This document shows, piece by piece, positions 25,534-38,372 of a stretch of DNA of 64,000 bases; position 1 is the first letter of the stretch; every line of letters starts with the position of its first letter. The notes beneath the pieces were generated by a model, which had not been told where the DNA came from, made no database searches, and was given only the letters and a program-made list of their open reading frames with translations. The stretch spans positions 70,184,001-70,248,000 of the forward strand of contig OX597815.1 of the NCBI GenBank assembly GCA_951406725.2, read 5' to 3'. The position numbers and the translations under genes are program-made. Source of the DNA: Octopus vulgaris (lineage: Eukaryota).

Positions 25534-28500
25534 CTTTCATCTCTCTCATTAATCATGTATATATATATATATATATAGACACAGGAGTGGCTGTGCAGTA
25601 ACTAGCTTGATTAAAAACCACATGGTTCCGGGTTCAGTACTGCGTGGCACCTTGGGCAAGTGTCTACTACTATAGCCTCGGGCTGACTAATGAATGGAGA
25701 TTTCTTTGTCCAACCCATGCTAGCATGGAAAGTGGACGTTAAACGATGATGATGATAAATGAGCAGTATAAGATATGGATTCAGAGAATTCTATGGCTAT
25801 CACAGTAAACTCCTCATACAGGCTCAACTATCAGTAATCCAGGGGATAAAATTATTCTTTGAAGAATATGTCATCATCATCATGATCTAACATTCATTTT
25901 CCATGCTGTGAAGTTACAAAGTAACTCACAAAGACCCCTCAACTGAGTGGGAGTATGATATTGAGTGAGGGAAAAATATGATAGAGGAATGAACAGGTAT
26001 CTTGCTGAAGGAGAGATACATGGCTTTCCCAGGTGAATGTGATGAAGCAGATTTTCTTTGGCCAGATGCCTTTCCTGTCACCAACCTTTACTTGTTCCCC
26101 TGTAAGGTAATATTTCCCTATGGCCAGATATGTTTTCATGGAACATTGGAAATGAAAGACACTATTTGTATGAGTGATACTTGTTACAACTGAGGCTTGC
26201 CAGATCCTGTCAAACTACCAACTCATGAAAGCATGGACATTAAATGATAATGGTATATATATGAAGTACTTTTTCTGTTGATCCTACCAATAATTGCACA
26301 ATGCACTATACACACATATAAGTATATATGTGTGTGTGTGTGTGTTTGTCTCCTTTTCTTGGCAATGCACTATACTTATCTATAAGTATTACTATCATAA
26401 AAGCAGTGTCTTGAGTTTCCTGTCAGTTTTTCCCCAACGATGGCACCTTAATGCAATACTCTGATAGCAGTATCACAGGAAGATTAACAGAGAAAATAGT
26501 CTTTGTGTGTGACAAATGTATGGGTACATTATCATCGTTTAACGTCTGCTTTCCATGCTGGCAAAGGTTGGACGGTTTGACTGAGGACTGGCAAGCCAGA
26601 TGGCTGCACCAGGCTCCAATCTGATCTGGCAGAGTTTCTACAGCTGGATGCCCTTCCTAACACCAACCACTCCGAGAGTGTAGTGGGTGATTTTATGTGC
26701 CACCAGCACGAGGGCAAGTCAGGTGGTACTGGAAACGGCTACCCTCAAATGGTGTTTTTTATGTGCCACCTGCACAGGAGCCAGTCCAACGGCACTGGCA
26801 ATGACCTCAAAGACAACAAATTTCCAGCAATTTAATTTTTAGTAATTAAAAGAAATCAGAAGCACTGTTCTAAGCAAAAAAGTACAAAGCACATCTGAGA
26901 AACAATTATATTGTGTACTCAAATCTTCACATTAAAAATGTGCAGACAATAGACTCCCTCAAAAGTTGTGGCTATGTGCTGGGCTTGAGAAGATGTGTCA
27001 AACTAAGTAAAATCTCTGTCATCCATACATATAGGCTTGTCTTTTACAGATACTGGTATCACATAAAGTGCACTTGTACTGGTACTGCATTAACACACCT
27101 GGGCCAGTAGCAAGTAAAAAGCACCCAGCACACTCTGTAAAGTGGTTGGCATTAGGATGGGCATCCAGCCATAGAAACCATGTCATAACAGACAATTGGA
27201 GTCTGGACAGCTCCTGTTAAACCATCCAGCCCATGCCAGCATGGAAAATGGACATTAAACAATGATGATGATTGCTTTACAAGGTAACCTTTCGAAATTT
27301 AAGCATTGCTGATATCATAGAAAATATAGTAGTAATACCACATATAGTATTGTAGTGCTGATCTTTTGTCTGAGGTTATCCAGTTGTAGAAAGTGCTTCA
27401 ACAATTCATATCTTTATCATTTAACATCTGTCTCCCATGCTGGCATGGATTGGATAGTTTGATAGGGCCTGACAGAACTAAGGACTGCTTTGTATTATAA
27501 TGTCTGCTTTAGCATGGTTTCTATGGTTGGATGCGCTCCTGATGCCAACCATGTTACAAAGTGTATTGAGTGCATTTTTTCATGCTACTGGCACCAGTCA
27601 GGTCACCATGCAGCTTGCAAAATTACAAACAACAAAAGAGGCAGCTTTATGCTAGAAGATGAGGGGTTAAGGTATGAGGGAAGGGACCAGGGCAGAACAG
27701 GTTTCTTGCTGTCAAGGAGCTTCATGGTTGCTCACATTTTAGAAGATAGGGTGGGGCATTTGGAGTGGAGATCAGAAGGAATAAAGTGGTGGTGGAAGTG
27801 GCTTGGTGGATACTTAAGGTATGACGAAAGTAGAAGTGAGTGGGGCCAGAAGAATGAGGAGTATGGGTGAGTAGAGGTTGTGAGAGATGGGGAATAGGTG
27901 ACAGGTTTGGATATAATGAAGGACAAATGTTGATGTGTGGTCATTTACAAATATCAATATTTTTAGCTTTTTACAACCTTTGATAGTAAAGAATCCAAAA
28001 ACAAATAGAGAAACTCCAGATGTTATCCATTGAAAAGAGAAAAAAATGAACATAACAGCAGCATATTATAAGATTAATAATGGTGGTGAGGTGGTTGTTT
28101 TTTGACATGATTATGATGGCAGTGGTGGTGTTTTTTTTGGGGGGGGGATTATGATGATGGTGATAGTGGTAGTAACATTGGCAGTGACAACACAGTACCT
28201 TCTCAGGTTTCTGTGAATAAATTAACCAATATTTTAACCGAAATCTTTAAGTTTACTAGAAACTCTCTTTTTCTTTCTCCCTGTCTTTAGAATTACATTT
28301 TGTATAATTTTCTGTCCATTTCAGTCATTATAATTAACAAAGACAATATAAAAAAGTGAGACAAACATATAAGATTTAATTTCCTGGATAAACATAATGT
28401 TGGAAAAGAGAGAGGCATAAGAATACTTTACATTAAAAATTACTTATATGAATTGAAAAAACGACATCTTAACTTACAAAATGAGGAGGATATTCTATAA

Positions 28501-28962
28501 TAGATACAACCTCTATCCCCCAACGAATCTTGCTAATTAATGTCAAATTTCAGCTGCACTCTCTTTGGTTCTTTTAAATATTTTTATTCTTTTACTCTTT
28601 TACTTCTTACAGTCATTTGACTGTGGCCATTCTGGAGCACCACCTTCAAGGGTTTTAGTCAAACAAATTGACCCCAGGAATTATTTTTTAAGTGTAGTAC
28701 TTATTTTATCAGTTTCTTTTGCTGAACCGCTAAGTTATGGCAATATCAACACACCAACACCATTTGTCAAGAGGTGATGGGGGGAGAACAAACACACACA
28801 AACATATATGACAGGTTTCTTTCAGATTCCGTCTACAAAATCCACTCACAAGGCTTTGGTCGGCGCTAGACTATAGTAGAAGACACTTACCAAAGGTGTC
28901 ATGTGGTGGGACTGAATCCGGAACAATGTGGTTGGTAAGCAAACTTCTTACCAAGTTTAGAT

Positions 28963-29032
<70 letters not shown>

Positions 29033-30352
29033 ATGGAGAAACATACTTAAATCAATAAAACATCAACTATCCGATGATACAATAGATGAACTGATTGCTT
29101 GACAATTTCTAACATCTATGTATTAATTTTGTTGGGTACCTATCTAGCAGTATATTGGATATATATTATCCCATGGTGGGTTGAATTTTCAACCCCTATC
29201 TCATTTTATATATATATATATATATATATACTCATATGTATAGATGTGTATGTATATATATTTGTGTGTATATGTGTGTGTGTGTATATATATGTGTGTG
29301 TATGTGTATATATGTGTGTGTGTATATATATGTGTGTGTATATATATATATATGTGTGTGTATGTATATATATAGGTGTGTGTGTATATATATGTATATA
29401 TTGTGGATGTGAACGAAATTATTATGCTTCTTTTTTTAATTTCAGCTGGTTTATGTATATCATTGAGAAATTAGAAGTAACCAAACAAACAAAAAACGTC
29501 TGTTAATTCTACCATCTGATTCGTCATTTGTCACTATCTCCTTGCTCCTGTTTACTACTACCACTACGCACACACACACACACATATGGTTTCAATAATT
29601 CCTGCAATAAAATTCAATTTAAACTGAACCAGACAGGAAATTAAAGAGGAGGGTAGGGCTAGAAGAAGGTAGAGTGTGAGTAGTTGTTGTTGGTGGTGGT
29701 GGTGGTAGATGAGGTAAAAATGTGAAAGTAGTTTATCTGCTAGATAATTGTGTTTAGAATTGTATTCCTTTGATTGAGGTAAAGCAACATTTGCATGCAG
29801 CAGGGTATTCTGATATATTATGGCACTATATAAATATATTGTATACAGTCGTATATATATATATATACCTCTACCCACATACACACTCATGCACAGAGAA
29901 GTATGGCTGTGTGATTAAGACAGTTCATTCTCAACCACATGGTCTCAGCTTCAGTCTTGTGGTTCCTTGGGCAAGTGTCTTTCTACTATAGCCCCGTGCC
30001 AGCCAGATATATAAATGTAGTATTACTTTAATGAATTTTTATAAACCGACTGTCTCTCTCCTTATATTAACTCTTGCTTTGTTTTAGCTTTCGTTATTTG
30101 ATTTTATCTTTTTCGTTAAGATAAGTTATTAATCATATCATTATTTTTTTTTGTTTAAATTTTATGTAGTCTTTTCATCTATAATGTTGCATTTGAGCTC
30201 TCTGTGAGTCAAATCTGACTAAACACCATACATTATTTCAACATTTCCAGGTAAAATCCCCACCAGGATTTAACTTTTGGCTATATATCTCTCTCTCCTA
30301 CAGAATGAGGCGCAATACCCACATAAGATATTATTATTATTATTATTGTTAC

Positions 30353-31630
30353 TTGTCCATCTTTATGTTCAGAGTTCAAATTCTGCAAAGGTCGACTTTG
30401 CCTTTCATCCTTTCGGGGTCAATAAAGTAAATACTAGTTGAGCACTGGGGTTGACATAATCGACTTACCCCTACTCCTGAAATTACTGGCCTTGTGCCAA
30501 AATTTGAAGCCATCATTATTATTATTATTATTATTTAGGTTGGTGAGCTGGCTGAATCGTTAGCATGCTGGATGAAATGCTTAGCAATATTTCACTAGTC
30601 ACTACATTCTGAGTTCAAATTCTGTTGAGATCAACTTTGTCTTTCATCCTTTCGGGTTCATTAAATTAAGTACCAGTGAAACACTGGGGTCAATGTAATC
30701 AACTAGTCCCCTCCCCCTAAATTCCAGGCCTTGTGCTTATAGTAGAAAGGATTATTATTAGGGTAGCAGATTGGCACAATTGTCAGCATATCAGGCAATA
30801 TACTTTCTGCTCTTTGTGTTCTTAGTTCAGATATTGCCAAAGTCAACTTTGTCTTTCATCCTTTTGGGGATCAATATAATAAAGTACCAGTCAAGTACTG
30901 GGGTGGATGTAATTGATTATACCCTCCTCCCGAAATTATTAGCCTTTTGCCAAAATCAGAAAGAATTATTGTTATTATTTAAGATGTCGAGCTGACAGAA
31001 TTGTTTGTGGATTGGACAAAATGCTTAGCAGCATTTCTTCTGGCTCTTAATATTCTGAGTTCAAATTCCACCTATGCCAGTTTTGCCTTTCATCCTTTCA
31101 AGGTTGATGAGTTCCAATCAAGCACTGAGGTCAGTGTAATTGACTGACCTCTCCTGTCAAAATTACTGGCCACATGCTAAAATTAGAAAGAATTATTATA
31201 ATTATCAAGGTGGCAAACTGGCAGAATCAGTAGCACACCAGGTGAAATGCTTAGTGGTATTTCATCCATTCTTAGGTTCTGAGTTCAAATTCTGCCATCT
31301 GCCATCATCCTTAGGGTTGAAAAATTAAGTACTAGTGAAATACTGGGGTCGATGTAATTGACTGGTTCTCTCCCCCCAAAATTTCAAGCTTTGTACCTGT
31401 AACAGAAAGGATTATTATTACTATTATTATTGATGAGGCAGCAAGCTGGCAGAATCAGTAACATGCTAGGCAAAATGCTTAGCAGCATTTTGTCTGTCTT
31501 TAACTCCACTGGGGTCAGTTTTGCCTGTCAAAATAGGTACCAATTGAACACTAGGGTCGATGTAATCAACTAGTCCCCTCCTCCAAAATTCCAGGCCTTG
31601 TGCCTTTAGTAGAAAAGATTATTATTACTA
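30353..31630 (+). mobile_element. Tandem array (~6 units) of SINE family A with (ATT)n spacers
   Basis: Same unit as 6103-7352; similar arrays at ~33335-34130, 46830-47300, 48310-48665 and 60440-60700. Confidence 0.85.
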
Positions 31631-31635
31631 TTATT

Positions 31636-31970
31636 TAAGACGTTGCACATTATCCAATATCGTGATGTTGTTGATTGAAGATATTGTGTCTACCAGGGGT
31701 TTGTACTGTCTGACAAGTCACAACAAGAATCTCAGGCAGACAGTACTTTATGCAATATGAGTGCAGTTCCAAGTAATGCTGATTTTTGCAACATACCTAG
31801 ATTGTAGGGTATTTCTAAAGATTTCAGATGGTTTTTCAGGTTGGGTGGTATTGAACCTAATGCTCCAATGACAATAGGGACAACCTTTATGTTTGACTCT
31901 CGTAGCTGCCACATCTTGTCAATCTCAATTCTCAGGTTTCCATATTTATCAATCTTTTCTTTCATGATGA
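31636..31970 (-). mobile_element. R4/Dong-type non-LTR 3' end
   Basis: ORF 31732-31965 EKIDKYGNLRIEIDKMW...VVPIVIGALG...LQKSALLGTALILHKVL; A/T-triplet tail at ~31620-31635. Confidence 0.85.
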
Positions 31971-32841
31971 TATTTGATCTCTCAACATTACTGGTCTTGT
32001 GTCAAAGATATGAAAGATTTATTATTATTATTATCATTATTGTTATTATTATTATAGAGCATTAAGTTCAGATGCCACCAATGGCCAGTGTTACTCATTA
32101 GGCCAAGGACTACAAATACTTATGAAATTTGCCATAGGTGGAGGAAGATTGTTGTCGTCTGTTATTGCAGTCAAATGATTTCTTTCTCCTACTTTTTCTT
32201 TTCTATTTTTCTTCTTTCTTTTCTTTACATTTTTTTCTTAAATCATTTTCTTTCTCTTTTTTCTTTTCTCTTTTCTTTCATCTTCAAGAGATGGTAGTTT
32301 TGGTAGATGCAATAGAATTATAGATAGAATACAAAACTATACTTTGTTCTAAGTCCAATTTTTAAATGTACTGAATGTATTTTCCTCTTCTTTCTAACAT
32401 TAATGAAACAAAAGACAAGAACTAGTTCCACTGACTGTGTTGTTCTCTTCCACTACAAAGATCGATTGTCCTTGTACTTGTACTTTGTACTTGGTCAAAA
32501 GAAACCATTTCCACTACCACCAACACCACTACTATGACCACTACCTCTACTACTCCTACTACAACCACTACCATCACCACTGAAAATGTGATGGATTGTC
32601 AGTATTATTAGAGCATTATTATTATATTAGTGAAGACAAGTGACTTAGTTGTTAGGGTATTTTGCTCATGATTGTAAGGTTGTGAGTTCAATTCCTGGCA
32701 GCACATTGTGTTCTTGAGCAAGACACTTTATTTCATGTTGCTCCAGTACACTAAACTAGCAGAATGAGATGTATGTGTAATTCAAAGGGCCAGCCTTGTC
32801 ACATTCTGTGCCATGCTGAATTTCCCTGAGAATTACCTTAA

Positions 32842-33062
32842 CCCCTTCAATACCAACCCGGCTGAAACCGGCTCTGGCTCCATCATACAAATGTCTTGTC
32901 TTCATAAGTTTTGAATTAAAATCTTCTACCAAACCTTAGTCACAATTTATGCTCCTAACACTAGCTGAATGATAACTAAGTTATTTTACTAAATTCTTTG
33001 TTATATTTAAAGTAATTGAAAGCAACACAAAGCATCTCAAAATAAATACGGTAATGAAAGGG
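32842..33062. mobile_element. piggyBac-type MITE nested in a SINE
   Basis: TTAA on both sides (32838-41, 33063-66), CCC...GGG ends; a diverged inverted relative lies at ~55968-56172. Confidence 0.8.
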
Positions 33063-34139
33063 TTAAAGGTACGCATGTCTGTGGACTGCTCAGGCACTTT
33101 CACATTAATTTCACAAGCAGGCTGTATTATTGATCAAATTAACTGGAACCCTCATCATAACCAACAGAGTGCCAGCTATTATTATATTTGAAGTAAACAT
33201 GGCAACATGGAAGGTTTCATCCTTTCAGGGTCGATAAAATAAGCACCATTTGAGTACTGGGGTCGATGTAACTGATTATTCCTTTCCCACCAATTTGAAG
33301 CCTTGTGCCTATAGTAGAAAGGACTATTATTATTAAGGCAGTGAGCTAGCAGAATTGTTAGCATACCGGGTGAAATGCTAAGCGATATTTCATCCATCAC
33401 TATGTTCTGAGTTCAGATTCAGCTGAGGTCGACTTTGCCTTTCATCCTTTTGGGGTTGATAAATTAAGTACCAGTGAAACACTGGGGTTGATGTAATTGA
33501 CTAGTCCCCCCCCCCCCCAATTCCAGGCCTTGTGCCTATAGTAGAAAGGATTATTATTATTATTGTTATTATCATTACTATTAAGGCAGCAAGCTGGCAG
33601 AATTATTATCATGCCGGACAACGTGTAGTGGCATTTTGTCTGTTTTCACACATTTTGAGTTCAAATTCTGCCAAGATACTAGTTAATTGACTTACCCCTC
33701 CCTCAAACTTGCAGACCTTGTACAAAAAATTATTATATTATTATTATTATATTTAGCATACCAGGCAAAATGTTTAGTGGTATTTCGCCTGTTGCTACAT
33801 TCTGAATTCAAATTCCGCCAAGGTTGACTTTGTCTTTCATCCTTTCAGGGTCGATAAATGAAGTACCAGTGAAATACTAAGGTCAATGTAATCGACTACT
33901 CCCCTGCCCCCAAATTTTAGACTTTGTGCCTTTAGTAGAAAGGATTATTATTATTATCATCATCATTATTAAGGTGGTAAGCTGGTAGGATCATTAGCTC
34001 TTTATATTCTGAGATCAAATCTTGCCAAAATCCACTTTGCCTTTCATTCTTATAGGATTTATAGAATAAAGTACCTAGTCAAGTTCTGGGATTGATGTAA
34101 TCAACTTACCCCTTTCAAGCTGGTAGAATCGTTAATAAG

Positions 34140-35043
34140 GTTAGGTTAGGTGTGAGGGCATGTACTGTTGCAGCATACTACAGCATTCACCATTTGTTAG
34201 TATATTCATGGGTCCTCCTGATCAACCTATTGAAAAGAGTTCCAGTCTGTCCCTGTCTCTGCAAGATACTCTTCATCTGCCATGATCATGTGGCATGTGA
34301 CTGACCAACATTAGCCTTCAATCCAGCTGGATCCTCAGTGAAGAGAACACATTAAGCAGGGTCTAACTTGGACAACCTAGCAACATGATCAGTCTGAGCT
34401 GGTGCTCCTAAATCATAGAACAGGATACATCCCAGTCTCTGAGTAAAGTCATTGGTTGATTATGAAATCTGACCAATGATAACCCATAATCTTGTGAAGC
34501 ATCCTGGTACCAAAAGAGTTTGGGAAGCTCCTAAGGGCCTCAGATACTGTCCAAGTCTTCAACTATAGAGCAGGGTCTGAGATCCATCAGGGTTGTATCT
34601 TGGATCTGACTCTGTTCAGTGCCTGTGTGGATTTGATACTTGGCTGAATGGTGGCTCAATCAAGTTGTGGTGCACTCATTGGTGAAACTAAGATTGCAGA
34701 CCTAGATTTTACTGATGATGCAGTTATTGTTGCTGAGTCTCTGGATGTCTCAAGGAGCACTCTCCTTTCACTGAGTGAGAAAGCAGAACCACTTGGCCTT
34801 AGAGTCTCTTGGTCAAGATAAAGATCCAGTCCTTTCATTGGATTCTTGGAGGACTCTACCTCATCTGTCTCTGTTGCAGTGAGAATGTCAAAGTTGCTGA
34901 CTGCTTGACTTATCTCAGCAGTGAGATTCATAGTGGAATTAGCTACAAGTTTGAAGTCCTAAAAAGACTCGAATGACACATTGGACAAGGATGTTTGGTG
35001 CTGCTGATATCTGAGCAAGAGGACTAAGATATGGGTCTTTAGA
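34140..35043 (-). mobile_element. RTE-clade LINE insertion with inverted 5' segment
   Basis: ~34575-35043 (+) encodes IHQGCIL...DLDFTDDAVIVAES...RTKIWVFR; 34140-~34575 (-) encodes the following TLLY..TWTVS...RMLHKIMGYHWSDF and the tail; TSD ttaa(t/c)aag at 34132-39 and 35044-51. Confidence 0.75.
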
Positions 35044-35304
35044 TTAACAAGTTCAACACAGTACTTAGTGGCATTTCTTCTGGCTCTTAACATTCTAAAT
35101 TCAAATTCCACTGCAGTCAATTTCACTTTTTATCCTTCCAGTCTCAATAAAATGAAGTACCAGTGGAATATTGGGGTCAGTTTAATAATCTTACCCCTTC
35201 CCTTAAAATTGCTGGACCTGTACCAAAATTTGAAACCACCACCACCATCATCATCATCATCATTGTAAGAAATAGAGAAAGAAATTGCCATTATTTTGCA
35301 TTAA

Positions 35305-35458
35305 CTCTTTAGCATTCAGATTATATTCTATCAAATGTAATGCTTATTTATTCCCATTGTTTTGAATTAATCATGTATTATTTCATAGCTTTGTTTTTGA
35401 GATTTCAATGTGATTCTTTATAATTGAGCTGGATATGGCTGATGTAAATGCTAAAGAG
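35305..35458. mobile_element. TTAA-flanked MITE (second piggyBac-type family)
   Basis: TIR ctctttagcatt/aatgctaaagag with TTAA flanks; inverted relatives at ~35985-36153 and 38153-38372. Confidence 0.8.
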
Positions 35459-38152
35459 TTAAGGTTAACAATGTCAGGCTTAGAATCTTTATGATATTTT
35501 AAATGTATAACAATGATCCAGTATCATCTTATCTTCTGTGTTATATATAGTATCAGAAACACATAGGCTGAGTCAATCAACAAAATAATTATTGCATCAT
35601 GCCTAAAAAAATTTATGAAGTTTCAAAATAAGAGAATTAACCTCACACCTACCGGTTTAATGCAAGTAGCCATGTAGCTATTCTACATCAAAAAACCTGT
35701 TCCAGACCCATATTTTCATATTTTAGCCTCTTGTCTCCTAACAGAAAGACACCTTAGCCACATTCTGTTAAAGTGGATTTTAATCTTGCTCAGTCTCAGT
35801 AGTGCTGATGCCATGAAAAATAAAAAAGCACCTCATATACTTGGTAAAGTGGTTGGCATTATGAAGGGCATCTAATTGTAGAAGCCATGCCAAAGCAAAC
35901 ATTGGAGCATGATGCAGTTTTTGGACCTATCAGATCCTGTTGAACCATCCAACACATTCTAACATGGAAGACAGTGGTTTATCATTTTGCATTTAAACCA
36001 GCTATATCCAGCCCATATAGTCTACAATGTAATTGAAAAACTAAACAATCACACCATTGAAATCTCAAAGCTATGAGATAATGCATGATTAATTCAAAAC
36101 AATTTGAATAAATAAATATTACATTTGACAGAGTAATCTGAATGCTAAAGGGCTAAATGATGATACTGATGATTTTAAATAGTTGACTCTTAATTTAAGA
36201 TGCAAGTAGAATTGCCAAAAATGGCCTATGAAATTGTGGTCAGATGGAAGAATAGAATAGAATAGACAGGAAATACGTATATAGTACAAAATAGAAATTG
36301 TATATCACCAACAGTAACAAGCAATGGCTTGGAATGTCAAATTTACATATGCACACCTTTATACAACACAGATGCACACACATTGCACAACACATACACA
36401 TCCACAATGTTTCTTATAGTTTCAATCTACCATATTCACTCACAAAGAATTAGTTGGCTTGGGGCTATAGTCAGTGCTCTGCAATGGAATTGAACCCAAA
36501 ACTACATGATTGCAAAACTAACTTTTTAAGCACACAACCATATCTGTGCCTGTCAGCTTCCAATGAAACATTCGAAGTGTTGTTGACTAATTCATTTAAT
36601 AAGTCTTTTGACATCTTTAATTAGTCTTTGGTGAGCACAGATGGCCAAGTGGTCATCAGTTTATATCCGGTCACTGCAAGGTTTCCATGATAAAGACACT
36701 TAACTTTCAATGACCCACTCCAGTTACAAGTGGATTCTATAGGGCAATATTTTACACCATTGTATAGATGCATGCGTGGCTGTGTGATAAGAAGTTTGCT
36801 TCCCAACTACATGGTTCTGGGTTCAGTCCCATTGCATGGCACATTGGGAAAATGTCTTCTATGATGGCTCTGGATGCTTCCCAACCACATGGTTCTGGGT
36901 TCAGTCCAGTGTGTGGCACTTTAGGCAAATGTCTTCTACTATAGTTCTGGACCAATCAATGCCTTCTGAGTAGATTTGGTAAACAGAAACTGAAAGAAGC
37001 CTGTTTGTGTCTGTGCACATGCACGTGTTTGTTACTGTTTTTTTGCCTTGACTTTGCATGATAGTTGTAAATGAGTGTCACTCTCATAGAAAGCAGTGCC
37101 CTTCATTTCCAACATTCTGTGTAAACATGTCTTGTCATGGGGAAATATCACCTTACTTGGAGAACTGGTGAGGATTGGTAACTTGAAGAGTATCCAGCCA
37201 TAGAAAATCTATCTCAACAAATTCTGTCTCTCTCATTCAAGTACGGACAAATAGATGTTAAACTGATGGTTGTAACATCATAAGTCGTTGAGTCATTGAC
37301 TTTCATTACTGTTTTTTAAGTCACCTGCAGGAAAAATAGCCTACAACAATAGACTGGCTTCTTGTCCAAGAGATTTTTTTTATTATATGCTTAATACTCT
37401 AAAAATCAAAAATAAGCAGTGGTCCAGTTGACCAAAGGAGTTTGTGAATGAACATCAGAAAAATTATCTTTCAATCTTTCAGAATCACAGCAGCAACATT
37501 GTTATACTGCCAGCTTACAAGTCAAAGGTTTGTTGCTTAGATGCAGACCTTATCACCACCTGACTGAGCAACACATAGGATCATCAGAATTGCAGCTGTA
37601 ACATTTCAGCCTTTTATTTTTAAAGGAATAGTTCATCTAGGACAACATCATCCTTGTATCATGTGTGTTTACTTTTTTTATGAAGTTAAAATGTGTTTTT
37701 AATACCCACACCAGTGCCAGTGCCATATAATAGCACCCATGCTGGCACCGTGTAATAGCCCTGTGCTGGTGCCATGTAAAAATCGGCCAGCACACTCTGT
37801 AAAATGATTGGAGTTAGGAAGGGCATCCAGCTGTAGAGACCAAGCCAAATCAGACTGGAACCTTGTATAGCTCTCCTACTTGCCAGCTTTGGTCAAACAA
37901 TGCAACCCATGTTGGCATGGAAAACACATTAAAAAATGATGATGGTGATGATTTGTATTGAAATACACTGCTTTCATTTGAATTCCATCCATCCAGCCAT
38001 GGGGAAATATTAACTTGCTTTAAAACAGATGAGCATTGTAACAGGATGGGCCTTTGGCTGTAGAAAACTTATCTCAACGAATTCCATTGGACCCAAACAT
38101 GCATGATGACAATGAATTTTTTTACAGGCTGTTTGAGTCAAGTTGATATTAA

Positions 38153-38372
38153 CACTTTAGCATTTAAATCAGTCATATCTAGCCCAAATATTTTACTTAT
38201 TTTACATTGAAGCCTGCCAGATCCAGTCTCTCACACCTACCCTACAATGTTGTTCTAAAAATACACAATCACATCATTGAAATCTTGAATCTAGGAGATG
38301 ATGCATGATTAATTTTAAAAATTGTGAGCAAATAAGCACAACATTTGATAAAATAATCTGAAAGCTAAAGAG
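38153..38372. mobile_element. TTAA-flanked MITE, longer copy of the 35305 family
   Basis: ttaa|cactttagcatt ... aagctaaagag|ttaa. Confidence 0.75.
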
